From assembly GCF_044647545.1 (NCBI RefSeq), contig NZ_CP172818.1: 64,000 bases of DNA; one strand, 5' to 3'. The notes beneath the pieces were generated by a model, which had not been told where the DNA came from, did no database searches, and saw nothing but the letters and a program-made list of their open reading frames with translations. Source of the stretch: Escherichia coli. Lineage in GTDB: Bacteria; Pseudomonadota; Gammaproteobacteria; Enterobacterales; Enterobacteriaceae. This document shows, piece by piece, positions 1 to 12,269 of this stretch (positions are counted from its first letter, which is position 1; each line of letters starts with the position of its first letter). A program made the position numbers and the translations under genes.

Positions 1-305
1 ACTTCCGTCGGTAACTGCGCCAGGTCGAGCGTCGGTTCGCTCAACGCCACGTTATATTCCGGGCGCTGGTGTAAGCCGCCTGTCACTCTTCCTGCAACTT
101 TCATGGTCATCTCATAGCGACCGTTTTCGCCACGAATACGCAAGCCCATGTCGTGCCCACGCAGCCAGTTATCCGGCGTTTCGTAGTAAATATTCAGCAA
201 CTGCACGGGGTCATGGTGCTCGCCGCCCAGCGTATTGAGATGGTCACGCAACGCCTCAACGGCACTGTGATTAACAATAAACTTTAATTCGATTTCCTGA
301 GCCAT
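1..305 (-). CDS. ygiF: inorganic triphosphatase (CYTH domain), N-terminal 101 codons; gene continues beyond window start
   Basis: Minus-strand ATG at 303-305; stop-free translation MAQEIELKFIVNHSAVEALRDHLNTLGGEHHDPVQLLNIYYETPDNW... to window edge; divergent from ygiM as in K-12. Confidence 0.8.
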   Translation of the reverse strand, partial: MAQEIELKFIVNHSAVEALRDHLNTLGGEHHDPVQLLNIYYETPDNWLRGHDMGLRIRGENGRYEMTMKVAGRVTGGLHQRPEYNVALSEPTLDLAQLPTE

Positions 306-546
306 AGCCTTTACTTATCGGTTATGTCACATAAGTGACGATGAACGGCGAACTTAATGCGATCTTTTTTGTCAGTAGATAGTATTTTGCGCCAAATTGC
401 CATGCAACGGGCAATTTGACGGGCGTAAAAGTTTGAAGCAGTGGCAAGACCTGACACAGAGGATTCCGATTGATGTCGAATGCTTTGCGTAGCGACACTG
501 ATGCCACTACTATCGTTCCACTTTCCATGACAATAACGACAGCCTG

Positions 547-1167
547 ATGCCAAAATTACGCCTGATCGGATTAACTTTACTCGCACTTAGCGCGACTGCC
601 GTCTCACACGCTGAAGAAACGCGCTATGTTTCTGACGAACTGAATACCTGGGTCCGTAGCGGTCCGGGAGATCATTATCGCCTCGTAGGCACGGTTAACG
701 CCGGCGAGGAAGTGACCTTATTACAAACTGACGCCAACACCAATTATGCCCAGGTGAAAGACAGCTCTGGCCGTACCGCCTGGATCCCGTTGAAACAACT
801 TAGCACTGAGCCAAGCCTGCGCTCCCGTGTGCCAGATCTGGAAAATCAGGTCAAAACCCTGACCGATAAACTCACCAATATCGATAACACCTGGAATCAG
901 CGCACCGCAGAAATGCAGCAAAAAGTGGCGCAGAGCGACAGCGTGATCAACGGGTTAAAAGAAGAAAATCAGAAACTGAAAAACGAGCTGATTGTCGCGC
1001 AGAAAAAGGTCGATGCCGCCAGCGTACAGCTGGATGACAAACAGCGCACCATCATCATGCAATGGTTTATGTATGGCGGCGGCGTGCTGGGGCTTGGCTT
1101 GCTGCTCGGTCTGGTACTGCCGCACCTGATCCCAAGCCGCAAACGCAAAGATCGCTGGATGAACTAA
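547..1167 (+). CDS. ygiM: SH3-domain membrane-anchored protein
   Basis: ORF track 547..1167, 206 aa, signal peptide plus C-terminal TM; matches K-12 YgiM length and sequence. Confidence 0.85.
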   Translation: MPKLRLIGLTLLALSATAVSHAEETRYVSDELNTWVRSGPGDHYRLVGTVNAGEEVTLLQTDANTNYAQVKDSSGRTAWIPLKQLSTEPSLRSRVPDLENQVKTLTDKLTNIDNTWNQRTAEMQQKVAQSDSVINGLKEENQKLKNELIVAQKKVDAASVQLDDKQRTIIMQWFMYGGGVLGLGLLLGLVLPHLIPSRKRKDRWMN

Positions 1168-1230
1168 ATCGCCTTCTTCGTTGCACTGTCTTATTATTAG
1201 GAATTGTGTATTTGACGAAGGGATGATGGC

Positions 1231-2469
1231 GTGAAGATTTATCTGGTCGGTGGTGCTGTTCGGGATGCATTGTTAGGGCTACCGGTCAAAGACAGAGATT
1301 GGGTGGTGGTCGGCAGTACGCCACAGGAGATGCTCGACGCGGGCTACCAGCAGGTAGGCCGCGATTTTCCTGTTTTTCTGCATCCGCAAACGCATGAAGA
1401 GTATGCGCTGGCACGTACTGAACGGAAATCCGGTTCCGGTTACACCGGTTTTACCTGCTATGCCGCACCGGATGTCACGCTGGAAGATGATCTTAAGCGT
1501 CGCGATCTGACCATTAATGCGCTGGCCCAGGACGATAACGGCGAGATTATCGACCCGTACAACGGTCTGGGCGATCTGCAAAATCGTCTGCTGCGCCATG
1601 TTTCCCCCGCTTTTGGCGAAGATCCGTTACGCGTACTGCGCGTGGCGCGTTTTGCTGCGCGTTATGCCCACCTCGGTTTTCGTATTGCCGATGAAACTCT
1701 GGCGCTGATGCGCGAGATGACCCATGCGGGTGAACTGGAACACCTGACGCCTGAACGGGTATGGAAAGAGACGGAAAACGCCCTCACCACCCGCAATCCC
1801 CAGGTGTTCTTCCAGGTACTGCGCGATTGCGGCGCACTGCGCGTTTTATTCCCGGAAATTGACGCCCTGTTTGGCGTTCCGGCCCCTGCCAGGTGGCATC
1901 CGGAAATCGACACCGGTATTCATACCTTAATGACGCTCTCAATGGCGGCGATGCTGAGTCCGCAGGTCGATGTCCGTTTCGCAACTTTATGCCACGATCT
2001 CGGTAAAGGACTGACGCCACCAGAACTTTGGCCGCGTCATCATGGCCATGGCCCGGCGGGTGTTAAGTTAGTGGAACAACTATGCCAGCGTCTGCGCGTG
2101 CCAAATGAAATTCGCGATTTAGCCAGACTGGTGGCTGAGTTTCACGATCTCATCCACACCTTCCCAATGCTGAACCCAAAAACCATCGTCAAATTGTTTG
2201 ATTCCATCGACGCCTGGCGTAAACCGCAGCGTGTCGAGCAACTGGCGCTGACCAGCGAGGCTGACGTGCGCGGCAGAACCGGTTTTGAATCAGCGGACTA
2301 CCCGCAAGGCCGCTGGTTGCGCGAAGCCTGGGAAGTGGCGCAGTCAGTGCCGACAAAAGCCGTCGTTGAAGCAGGATTTAAAGGTGTGGAGATTCGTGAG
2401 GAGCTGACCCGACGGCGGATTGCGGCGGTAGCCAGCTGGAAGGAACAACGTTGCCCAAAGCCTGATTAA
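1231..2469 (+). CDS. cca: tRNA nucleotidyltransferase (CCA-adding enzyme)
   Basis: ORF 412 aa, [16 protein letters not shown]... with HD domain motif; matches K-12 Cca. Confidence 0.9.
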   Translation: MKIYLVGGAVRDALLGLPVKDRDWVVVGSTPQEMLDAGYQQVGRDFPVFLHPQTHEEYALARTERKSGSGYTGFTCYAAPDVTLEDDLKRRDLTINALAQDDNGEIIDPYNGLGDLQNRLLRHVSPAFGEDPLRVLRVARFAARYAHLGFRIADETLALMREMTHAGELEHLTPERVWKETENALTTRNPQVFFQVLRDCGALRVLFPEIDALFGVPAPARWHPEIDTGIHTLMTLSMAAMLSPQVDVRFATLCHDLGKGLTPPELWPRHHGHGPAGVKLVEQLCQRLRVPNEIRDLARLVAEFHDLIHTFPMLNPKTIVKLFDSIDAWRKPQRVEQLALTSEADVRGRTGFESADYPQGRWLREAWEVAQSVPTKAVVEAGFKGVEIREELTRRRIAAVASWKEQRCPKPD

Positions 2470-2487
2470 CTAAAAACAGAAATCCCT

Positions 2488-2520
2488 AGGTCGGATAAGA
2501 CGCACAAGCGTATCCGACAC
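2488..2520. repeat. REP-like palindromic unit downstream of cca
   Basis: Imperfect palindrome ggtcggataagacgc...gcgtatccgacac in intergenic DNA. Confidence 0.45.
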
Positions 2521-2530
2521 TATTCCTCAA

Positions 2531-3352
2531 TCAAAAGAACACGACATACACCGCAGCCGCCACAATAAAGCGATAAATGGCGAACGGAATAAACGAAATG
2601 CGCTTAATCAATTGCAGGAAGGTTTTAATCGCTATCAGCGCCACCACAAAAGCGGTGATAAACCCAACGGCAAACATCGGGATATCGCCGGTTGTCAGGA
2701 AGCCCCAGCTTTTGTAGAGATCGAGCGCCGTTGCGCCCATCATCATCGGCACAGCCAGCAGGAACGAGAACTCGGAAGCCGCATAACGGCTCACACCCAT
2801 CAGCATCCCACCTGAAATGGTCGCCCCGGAACGGGAGAAACCCGGCCACAGCGCCAGACACTGGAAACAGCCAATCATAAACGCCTGACGATAGGTCATA
2901 TCATCAAGACCCGGCGCACGCGGCTCTTTCGGCTTCAGGCATTCAGCGGCAATCAGCAACAGACCGCCAACGACCAGTGCATACATCACATTTATCGGGT
3001 TAAACAATGATTTAATCGTGTCGTGGAACAACAGCCCCAGTACCACCGCCGGAATCATCCCCAGCAAAATGTGGATCAGCGTTAAACGGCCTTTGCTTTC
3101 TCCTTCGTGCTGCAACGGGCGACCAAAGTGAATACCAATAAGGCCAAACAGACGTCGCCAGAACATGACAACCACAGCCAGAATTGATCCTAACTGGATC
3201 ACGACTTCAAAGGTTTTCGCCGTGTCGCCCTCAAACCCCAACAAGTGACCGACAATAATCATATGGCCCGTGCTGGATACCGGCAGAAATTCTGTCAATC
3301 CTTCGACCACACCCAATATTGCCGCTATCAGCAGCGAGTGCATATCGCTCAT
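2531..3352 (-). CDS. bacA: undecaprenyl-diphosphate phosphatase
   Basis: ORF 2531..3355; protein [32 protein letters not shown]..., 273 aa from second Met; multi-TM. Confidence 0.9.
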
Positions 3353-3442
3353 CAATAAACCCCTAAATTATAAAAATGTAACGCTTGTCCGAACTACTGC
3401 AGTATGACCAGGTTATAACCGTTTGGTTTAACAGCTGTAAAA

Positions 3443-3811
3443 TTAATTATTTTCTTTCAGATTATTGCCACGCTCAATGATGACGCCAACATTCGCCGCC
3501 CGCGCCACTGCGCCTGGCTTGCTGAGTTTGATACGCACCCACGGCGAGTTGAAGCGTGCTAACAGCAGCTCCGCCACCTCTTCAGCCACGCGTTCCACCA
3601 GCGCAAAACGCGCCCCCTCGACGTGGCTGACCACCGTTTCTGCAATGTCAGCGTAACTGAGGCAATCCGCCACATCATCACTTTTCGCCGCTTTACGGTT
3701 ATCCCACGCCATTTCGATATCGAACACTAACTTCTGTTCGATGGTCTGTTCCCAGTCGTAAACACCAATAGTGGTGATTACCGAAAGTTGCTCTATAAAT
3801 ACAATATCCAT
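3443..3811 (-). CDS. folB: dihydroneopterin aldolase
   Basis: ORF 3443..3814; MDIVFIEQLSVITTIGVYDWEQ..., 122 aa from second Met. Confidence 0.9.
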   Translation of the reverse strand: MDIVFIEQLSVITTIGVYDWEQTIEQKLVFDIEMAWDNRKAAKSDDVADCLSYADIAETVVSHVEGARFALVERVAEEVAELLLARFNSPWVRIKLSKPGAVARAANVGVIIERGNNLKENN

Positions 3812-3915
3812 CACGTCCTGCCTGCTTTTTGGCTAACCGGATACCACTTCCGGCGAAATGTGCGTATTATCCACAGATTCATCGTTGAACACGAATTTTC
3901 AAAACGGAACAGCTT

Positions 3916-4533
3916 ATGAGTGCAATCGCGCCTGGAATGATCCTCATCGCGTACCTCTGCGGCTCCATTTCCAGTGCCATTCTGGTTTGCCGCTTGTGTG
4001 GGCTGCCCGATCCGCGAACCAGCGGCTCCGGCAATCCTGGCGCAACCAATGTGTTACGTATCGGTGGCAAGGGAGCAGCCGTAGCAGTACTGATTTTCGA
4101 CGTTCTGAAAGGAATGTTGCCCGTCTGGGGCGCGTATGAATTAGGTGTCAGCCCCTTCTGGCTAGGCTTAATTGCCATCGCCGCCTGTCTTGGACACATC
4201 TGGCCCGTTTTCTTCGGTTTTAAAGGAGGAAAAGGCGTTGCTACCGCTTTTGGTGCCATCGCACCAATTGGCTGGGATCTCACTGGAGTAATGGCGGGAA
4301 CCTGGTTACTGACCGTGCTATTGAGTGGTTACTCGTCGCTGGGAGCGATTGTCAGTGCACTGATTGCTCCGTTTTATGTCTGGTGGTTTAAGCCACAATT
4401 CACCTTCCCGGTTTCGATGCTCTCTTGCCTGATCCTGCTGCGTCATCATGACAACATCCAGCGTCTGTGGCGTCGTCAGGAGACAAAAATCTGGACGAAA
4501 TTCAAAAGAAAGCGCGAAAAGGATCCCGAGTGA
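3916..4533 (+). CDS. plsY: glycerol-3-phosphate acyltransferase PlsY
   Basis: ORF 205 aa, multi-TM, matches K-12 PlsY (YgiH). Confidence 0.9.
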
Positions 4534-4545
4534 TTTCTGGTGGAT

Positions 4546-5478
4546 TTACATGACCTGATAGCCTTCGTCGGGCTTGCCCAGCCGTTGCTGGCACCATGCC
4601 GCCAGAAATTCCACGCAGACACGTAATTTCATGCTGCGATAGAGCGGCTCCCGGTAAACAGCCCAGATATTGGCGCTTTGTGCATACTCCGGCAATACTC
4701 GCACCAGTTTGCCACTCTCCAGAAACGGCAACACATCCCACTCGGAACGCAACATAATCCCTTTGCCCTCCAGCGCCCATTGCAACACTATCTCGCCGCT
4801 ATTGGAGGAAAGATGCCCGCTTACCTTCACCGATTTTTTCTCCTGACCGTTCCCCAACTCCCATATTCCGTGGGTCATATCGCGCTCTTTGGTCACCAGA
4901 CAATCATGACGACTTAATTCCTGTAAGGATTGTGGCTGCGGATATTTTTGCAGATACTCAGGTGCTGCGCATAATATTCTTTTATTTTTCGTTAACAGAT
5001 GCGCAATATAATAATCAGGAATTTCGTCATTAATACGAATATCCAGATCAATATTATCCTGCACTAAATCAATTTGCCGATCGAACAATTCAAAATGCAC
5101 CTGTAACTCAGGATAATTGCGCATCAGTTCGGTAATGGCTGGCGCAATATGGCTGCGCCCAAAACCAAAACTGCAACCAATACGAATCATCCCCTCCGGG
5201 CGCGTTTTGATTTGCGTGACGTCATCGACCAGTCGCTGATATTGGGTGAGGATTTCCAGCGCATGCTCGTAACAACGTTGGCCACTTTCAGTCAGCGCCA
5301 CACCGCGAGCGGAGCGGTTCAGCAGCGTTGTTGCCAGCGTATTTTCAAGGATTTGGATCCGCTTGGTGACAAATGCAGGCGTCTGCCCAAGCGTCGCCGC
5401 TGCAGCACTAAAACTCCCGCTGTGGACGATTTCTACCAGTACCTGCAAATCTTTGGCTAAAGGCCAGCTATTCAGCAT
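4546..5478 (-). CDS. ttdR: LysR-family transcriptional activator of L-tartrate genes
   Basis: ORF 310 aa with N-terminal HTH; divergent from ttdA. Confidence 0.85.
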   Translation of the reverse strand: MLNSWPLAKDLQVLVEIVHSGSFSAAAATLGQTPAFVTKRIQILENTLATTLLNRSARGVALTESGQRCYEHALEILTQYQRLVDDVTQIKTRPEGMIRIGCSFGFGRSHIAPAITELMRNYPELQVHFELFDRQIDLVQDNIDLDIRINDEIPDYYIAHLLTKNKRILCAAPEYLQKYPQPQSLQELSRHDCLVTKERDMTHGIWELGNGQEKKSVKVSGHLSSNSGEIVLQWALEGKGIMLRSEWDVLPFLESGKLVRVLPEYAQSANIWAVYREPLYRSMKLRVCVEFLAAWCQQRLGKPDEGYQVM

Positions 5479-5684
5479 CGTTAATTATCCGCAGTTGTGA
5501 TAAGCGCAGTGTATTTCGCAAAACATTGCCATTCCCTGCTCTGGCGCAATATTCATTCTTATTTTCGCGTTGATTCACGAACTGTGAATTACATATTCAC
5601 GGCGGCAAAAAATATAAAACCACATTTTTAGTGGTAGTTTGTGGCGGTGAATTTTTCCAGACAAATACATAAACTGGAGTTGCC

Positions 5685-6596
5685 ATGATGAGCGAAAGTA
5701 ATAAGCAACAGGCAGTGAATAAGTTGACGGAGATTGTCGCTAACTTTACCGCCATGATTTCTACCCGAATGCCCGATGACGTGGTGGATAAACTAAAACA
5801 GCTAAAGGATGCCGAAACGTCGTCGATGGGGAAAATCATCTACCACACGATGTTCGACAACATGCAAAAAGCAATCGACCTGAATCGCCCGGCCTGTCAG
5901 GACACCGGGGAGATTATGTTCTTCGTTAAAGTCGGTTCCCGCTTCCCACTGCTTGGCGAGCTGCAAAGCATACTCAAACAAGCCGTGGAAGAGGCAACCG
6001 TCAAAGCGCCACTGCGTCACAATGCGGTAGAAATTTTTGACGAAGTAAATACCGGCAAAAATACCGGTAGCGGCGTACCGTGGGTCACCTGGGACATCAT
6101 CCCCGACAATGACGATGCGGAAATCGAAGTTTACATGGCAGGCGGCGGCTGCACGCTACCAGGCCGCTCGAAAGTGTTAATGCCGTCAGAAGGCTACGAA
6201 GGCGTAGTGAAATTCGTCTTCGAAAATATCTCCACCCTCGCCGTAAACGCCTGTCCACCGGTACTGGTGGGCGTGGGCATCGCCACCTCGGTGGAAACCG
6301 CCGCAGTGCTCTCGCGAAAAGCCATTTTGCGCCCGATTGGCAGCCGCCACCCCAATCCGAAAGCGGCAGAGCTGGAGCTACGCCTGGAAGAAGGACTCAA
6401 CCGTCTGGGGATTGGTCCACAAGGGCTGACTGGCAACAGTTCAGTGATGGGCGTACATATCGAATCTGCCGCCCGCCATCCGTCAACCATCGGCGTTGCT
6501 GTTTCTACAGGCTGCTGGGCGCATCGTCGCGGCACACTGCTGGTTCATGCCGATCTCACCTTTGAAAATCTGTCTCACACCCGGAGCGCGTTATGA
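5685..6596 (+). CDS. ttdA: L(+)-tartrate dehydratase alpha subunit
   Basis: ORF 303 aa; fumarate hydratase class I N-terminal-like; ATGA overlap with ttdB. Confidence 0.9.
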
Positions 6597-7198
6597 AAAA
6601 GATCCTGACAACCCCGATCAAAGCTGAAGATCTGCAAGATATTCGCGTCGGCGATGTGATCTACCTGACCGGTACGCTGGTGACCTGCCGTGACGTTTGT
6701 CACCGTCGCTTGATCGAACTCAAACGTCCGATCCCTTACGATCTCAACGGCAAAGCGATTTTCCACGCTGGCCCCATCGTGCGCAAAAACGGCGACAAAT
6801 GGGAGATGGTGTCCGTCGGCCCGACAACCAGTATGCGTATGGAAAGTTTTGAACGTGAATTTATCGAGCAGACCGGCGTGAAACTGGTGGTCGGCAAAGG
6901 CGGAATGGGGCCGCTGACCGAAGAAGGCTGCCAGAAATTCAAGGCGCTGCATGTGATTTTCCCGGCAGGCTGCGCAGTACTGGCGGCAACCCAGGTGGAA
7001 GAGATTGAAGAGGTGCACTGGACAGAACTCGGGATGCCGGAGTCACTGTGGGTCTGCCGGGTCAAAGAGTTCGGCCCGCTGATTGTCTCTATTGATACCC
7101 ACGGCAACAACCTGATAGCCGAAAACAAAAAGCTGTTCGCCGAACGCCGCGATCCCATCGTGGAAGAGATTTGCGAGCACGTCCACTACATCAAATAA
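6593..7198 (+). CDS. ttdB: L(+)-tartrate dehydratase beta subunit
   Basis: ORF 201 aa; start overlaps ttdA stop (atga at 6593-6596). Confidence 0.9.
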
Positions 7199-7246
7199 CC
7201 CTCCCGGAGAGGCTCACCCCCTCTCCTTTTTCGCAGGCATAACACG

Positions 7247-8710
7247 ATGAAACCTTCCACTGAATGGTGGCGATACCTTGCGCCGCTGGCGGTCATCGCC
7301 ATTATTGCTCTACTTCCGCTTCCCGCAGGGCTGGAGAGTCATACCTGGCTCTACTTTGCCGTTTTTACTGGCGTGATCGTTGGACTGATCCTCGAACCCG
7401 TGCCGGGTGCCGTGGTGGCGATGGTGGGTATCTCCATCATCGCCATTCTTTCGCCGTGGCTGCTGTTTAGCCCGGAGCAGCTCGCCCAGCCAGGTTTTAA
7501 GTTCACCGCCAAATCCCTCTCCTGGGCGGTTTCTGGTTTTTCTAATTCGGTTATCTGGCTGATTTTCGCCGCCTTTATGTTTGGCACAGGCTATGAAAAA
7601 ACCGGGCTTGGACGCCGCATTGCGCTGATTCTGGTGAAAAAAATGGGGCATCGCACGCTGTTTCTCGGCTATGCAGTGATGTTCTCCGAGCTGATACTCG
7701 CGCCTGTAACACCGTCCAACTCGGCGCGTGGTGCGGGAATTATCTTTCCCATCATCCGTAACCTGCCACCGCTCTATCAATCACAACCAAACGACAGCAG
7801 TTCGCGCAGCATTGGCTCGTACATCATGTGGATGGGGATTGTTGCCGACTGCGTGACCAGCGCCATTTTCCTGACGGCGATGGCACCTAACTTGCTGTTA
7901 ATTGGCCTGATGAAAAGCGCATCTCACGCCACACTGAGTTGGGGCGACTGGTTCCTCGGGATGTTGCCGCTCAGTATTTTACTGGTTCTGCTGGTTCCCT
8001 GGCTGGCTTACGTGCTGTACCCGCCGGTACTGAAGTCTGGTGATCAGGTGCCGCGCTGGGCAGAGACGGAACTGCAGGCAATGGGCCCGCTCTGTTCGCG
8101 TGAAAAACGGATGTTGGGGCTGATGGTAGGCGCGCTGGTGCTGTGGATTTTCGGCGGTGATTATATCGATGCCGCGATGGTCGGTTACAGCGTGGTGGCG
8201 CTGATGCTGCTTCTGCGCATTATCAGTTGGGACGACATTGTCAGTAATAAAGCCGCGTGGAACGTTTTCTTCTGGCTGGCCTCGCTTATCACCCTCGCTA
8301 CCGGACTCAACAACACCGGTTTTATTAGCTGGTTTGGCAAACTGTTAGCAGGCAGCTTAAGCGGTTATTCGCCAACGATAGTGATGGTGGCGTTGATTGT
8401 GGTGTTTTATCTACTGCGCTACTTTTTCGCCAGCGCCACGGCGTATACCTCCGCTCTCGCGCCGATGATGATTGCCGCCGCGCTGGCGATGCCGGAAATC
8501 CCGCTGCCGGTATTCTGCCTGATGGTTGGCGCGGCAATTGGTCTGGGGAGCATTCTTACGCCATACGCCACCGGACCCAGCCCGATTTACTACGGTAGTG
8601 GTTATCTGCCAACGGTGGATTACTGGCGACTGGGGGCAATTTTTGGGCTGATATTCCTCGTATTGCTGGTGATTACCGGCTTACTGTGGATGCCCGTGGT
8701 GTTGCTTTAA
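7247..8710 (+). CDS. ttdT: tartrate/succinate antiporter (DASS family)
   Basis: ORF 487 aa, polytopic membrane protein, matches K-12 TtdT (YgjE). Confidence 0.85.
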   Translation: MKPSTEWWRYLAPLAVIAIIALLPLPAGLESHTWLYFAVFTGVIVGLILEPVPGAVVAMVGISIIAILSPWLLFSPEQLAQPGFKFTAKSLSWAVSGFSNSVIWLIFAAFMFGTGYEKTGLGRRIALILVKKMGHRTLFLGYAVMFSELILAPVTPSNSARGAGIIFPIIRNLPPLYQSQPNDSSSRSIGSYIMWMGIVADCVTSAIFLTAMAPNLLLIGLMKSASHATLSWGDWFLGMLPLSILLVLLVPWLAYVLYPPVLKSGDQVPRWAETELQAMGPLCSREKRMLGLMVGALVLWIFGGDYIDAAMVGYSVVALMLLLRIISWDDIVSNKAAWNVFFWLASLITLATGLNNTGFISWFGKLLAGSLSGYSPTIVMVALIVVFYLLRYFFASATAYTSALAPMMIAAALAMPEIPLPVFCLMVGAAIGLGSILTPYATGPSPIYYGSGYLPTVDYWRLGAIFGLIFLVLLVITGLLWMPVVLL

Positions 8711-8752
8711 GTGAGGACGGTGCCGGAAGTGACTCTCCGGCACCCAATAGTT

Positions 8753-9766
8753 TTACGCGGCCGGTAACTCCGCCAGCGGCCAGCGCGGACGCACGCTAAC
8801 GCCGAGATCCGCCGTCGCGCCTGCTTTAAACCGCACCATTCCGGCATAGGCGATCATCGCGCCGTTATCAGTACAAAATTCCGGACGCGCGTAGAACACT
8901 TCGCCACGGCGTTTTTTCATCATTTCAGCCAGCTTCGCCCGTAACGTGCGGTTAGCACTCACGCCGCCTGCCATTACCAGTCGCTTAAAGCCCGTCTGAT
9001 CCAGTGCTCGCTTACACTTAATCATCAACGTATCGACCACCGCATCTTCAAAGGCGCGGGCGATATCAGCACGCGTCTGGTCGTCGGTGCCGTTGTCACG
9101 AATCGTGTTCGCCGCAAAGGTTTTCAGACCAGAAAAGCTGAAATCCAGCCCCGGACGGTCGGTCATCGGGCGCGGGAAGACAAAGCGCCCGGCAGTACCC
9201 TGAGCCGCCATTTTCGACAGTAACGGTCCGCCAGGATAATCCAGCCCCAGCAGCTTCGCGGTTTTATCAAACGCTTCACCGGCGGCATCATCAATAGACT
9301 CACCGAGCAGCTCGTACTGACCAATGCCAGTCACGCTGATTAACTGCGTATGACCGCCGGAAACCAGCAGCGCGACAAACGGAAATTCCGGTGGGTTATC
9401 TTCCAGCATCGGCGCTAACAGATGTCCTTCCATATGATGTACCGGGATTGCCGGAACGTCCCAGGCAAACGCCAGAGAACGCCCCACGGTCGCGCCAACC
9501 AGCAGTGCGCCGACTAATCCTGGGCCTGCGGTATAGGCCACAGCATCAATGTCTTTTGCCGTTAAACCAGACTCTTTCAGCGCCTCCTGGATCAACGGTA
9601 CGGTTTTACGCACGTGATCGCGGGAGGCCAGTTCAGGCACGACGCCGCCGTAGTCAGCGTGCAATTTCACCTGACTATACAATTGGTTGGCTAACAAACC
9701 TTTTTCATCGTCGTAAATGGCGATGCCGGTTTCATCGCAGGAAGTTTCAATACCCAGTACACGCAT
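8753..9766 (-). CDS. tsaD: tRNA N6-threonylcarbamoyladenosine synthase TsaD
   Basis: ORF 337 aa [20 protein letters not shown]...; Kae1/YgjD family. Confidence 0.9.
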
Positions 9767-9964
9767 GACTTGTTTTACCTCGCTTTATTACCGCGCAGTG
9801 TAGGACCAATGCGGGTTGATGTAAAACTTTGTTCGCCCCTGGAGAAAGCCTCGTGTATACTCCTCACCCTTATAAAAGTCCCTTTCAAAAAAGGCCGCGG
9901 TGCTTTACAAAGCAGCAGCAATTGCAGTAAAATTCCGCACCATTTTGAAATAAGCTGGCGTTGA

Positions 9965-10219
<255 letters not shown>

Positions 10220-10329
10220 TTCCCCGAGAGCGTTGCTCTCCGATCAGACCGAGTTGTAGTTGTAAGGCCGTGCTTCCGAAAGGAATGCGCGGCTTATTTT
10301 CGTTTATGAATTGCTAAAAATCGGGGCCT

Positions 10330-12075
10330 ATGGCTGGACGAATCCCACGCGTATTCATTAATGATCTGCTGGCACGCACTGACATCGTCGATCTGATCGA
10401 TGCCCGTGTGAAGCTGAAAAAGCAGGGCAAGAATTTCCACGCGTGTTGTCCATTCCACAACGAGAAAACCCCATCATTCACCGTTAACGGTGAGAAACAG
10501 TTTTACCACTGCTTTGGATGTGGCGCGCACGGCAACGCGATCGACTTCCTGATGAACTACGACAAGCTTGAGTTCGTCGAAACGGTCGAAGAGCTGGCAG
10601 CAATGCACAATCTTGAAGTGCCATTTGAAGCAGGTAGCGGCCCCAGCCAGATCGAGCGCCATCAACGACAAACGCTTTATCAGTTGATGGACGGTCTGAA
10701 TACGTTTTACCAACAATCTTTACAGCAACCTGTTGCCACGTCTGCGCGCCAGTATCTGGAAAAACGCGGATTAAGCCACGAGGTTATCGCCCGCTTTGCG
10801 ATTGGTTTTGCCCCCCCTGGCTGGGACAACGTCCTGAAGCGGTTTGGCGGCAATCCAGAAAATCGCCAGTCATTGATTGATGCGGGCATGTTGGTCACTA
10901 ACGATCAGGGGCGCAGTTACGACCGTTTCCGCGAGCGGGTGATGTTCCCCATTCGTGATAAACGCGGTCGGGTGATTGGTTTTGGCGGACGCGTGCTGGG
11001 CAACGATACCCCCAAATACCTGAACTCGCCGGAAACGGACATTTTCCATAAAGGCCGCCAGCTTTACGGTCTTTATGAAGCGCAGCAGGATAACGCTGAA
11101 CCCAATCGTCTGCTTGTGGTCGAAGGCTATATGGACGTGGTGGCGCTGGCGCAATACGGCATTAATTACGCCGTTGCGTCGTTAGGTACGTCAACCACCG
11201 CCGATCACATACAACTGTTGTTCCGCGCGACCAACAATGTCATTTGCTGTTATGACGGCGACCGTGCAGGCCGCGATGCCGCCTGGCGAGCGCTGGAAAC
11301 GGCGCTGCCTTACATGACAGACGGTCGTCAGCTACGCTTTATGTTTTTGCCTGATGGCGAAGACCCTGACACGCTGGTACGAAAAGAAGGTAAAGAAGCG
11401 TTTGAAGCGCGGATGGAGCAGGCGATGCCACTCTCCGCATTTCTGTTTAACAGTCTGATGCCGCAAGTTGATCTGAGTACCCCTGACGGGCGCGCACGTT
11501 TGAGTACGCTGGCACTGCCACTGATATCGCAAGTGCCGGGCGAAACGCTGCGAATATATCTTCGTCAGGAATTAGGCAACAAATTAGGCATACTTGATGA
11601 CAGCCAGCTTGAACGATTAATGCCAAAAGCGGCAGAGAGCGGCGTTTCTCGCCCTGTTCCGCAGCTAAAACGCACGACCATGCGTATACTTATAGGGTTG
11701 CTGGTGCAAAATCCAGAATTAGCGACGTTGGTCCCGCCGCTTGAGAATCTGGATGAAAATAAGCTCCCTGGACTTGGCTTATTCAGAGAACTGGTCAACA
11801 CTTGTCTCTCCCAGCCAGGTCTGACCACCGGGCAACTTTTAGAGCACTATCGTGGTACAAATAATGCTGCCACCCTTGAAAAACTGTCGATGTGGGACGA
11901 TATAGCAGATAAGAATATTGCTGAGCAAACCTTCACCGACTCACTCAACCATATGTTTGATTCGCTGCTTGAACTGCGCCAGGAAGAGTTAATCGCTCGT
12001 GAGCGCACGCATGGTTTAAGCAACGAAGAACGCCTGGAGCTCTGGACATTAAACCAGGAGCTGGCGAAAAAGTGA
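10330..12075 (+). CDS. dnaG: DNA primase
   Basis: ORF 581 aa with zinc-ribbon CPFHNEKTPSF and TOPRIM region; second gene of rpsU-dnaG-rpoD operon. Confidence 0.95.
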   Translation: MAGRIPRVFINDLLARTDIVDLIDARVKLKKQGKNFHACCPFHNEKTPSFTVNGEKQFYHCFGCGAHGNAIDFLMNYDKLEFVETVEELAAMHNLEVPFEAGSGPSQIERHQRQTLYQLMDGLNTFYQQSLQQPVATSARQYLEKRGLSHEVIARFAIGFAPPGWDNVLKRFGGNPENRQSLIDAGMLVTNDQGRSYDRFRERVMFPIRDKRGRVIGFGGRVLGNDTPKYLNSPETDIFHKGRQLYGLYEAQQDNAEPNRLLVVEGYMDVVALAQYGINYAVASLGTSTTADHIQLLFRATNNVICCYDGDRAGRDAAWRALETALPYMTDGRQLRFMFLPDGEDPDTLVRKEGKEAFEARMEQAMPLSAFLFNSLMPQVDLSTPDGRARLSTLALPLISQVPGETLRIYLRQELGNKLGILDDSQLERLMPKAAESGVSRPVPQLKRTTMRILIGLLVQNPELATLVPPLENLDENKLPGLGLFRELVNTCLSQPGLTTGQLLEHYRGTNNAATLEKLSMWDDIADKNIAEQTFTDSLNHMFDSLLELRQEELIARERTHGLSNEERLELWTLNQELAKK

Positions 12076-12269
12076 TTTAACGGCTTAAGTGCCGAAGAGC
12101 GATCGGGAAGCCCCCGACAGCCGCACTGAGAGGCAGCGGCAAATATATAAGTACGCCCTCGTAATTATCGTTGGCGGTAAACAACCGTTGGATTTCAGCG
12201 TTAACGGCTGAAGGACATCGGGTCAATCGCCCAACACCAACCTCATGAAATAAGTGTGGATACCGTCTT

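Noticed and set aside
311-586. 91-aa and 68-aa minus-strand ORFs in the ygiF-ygiM intergenic region
   Set aside because: They span the divergent promoter region and overlap the ygiM start; no recognisable product; likely spurious.
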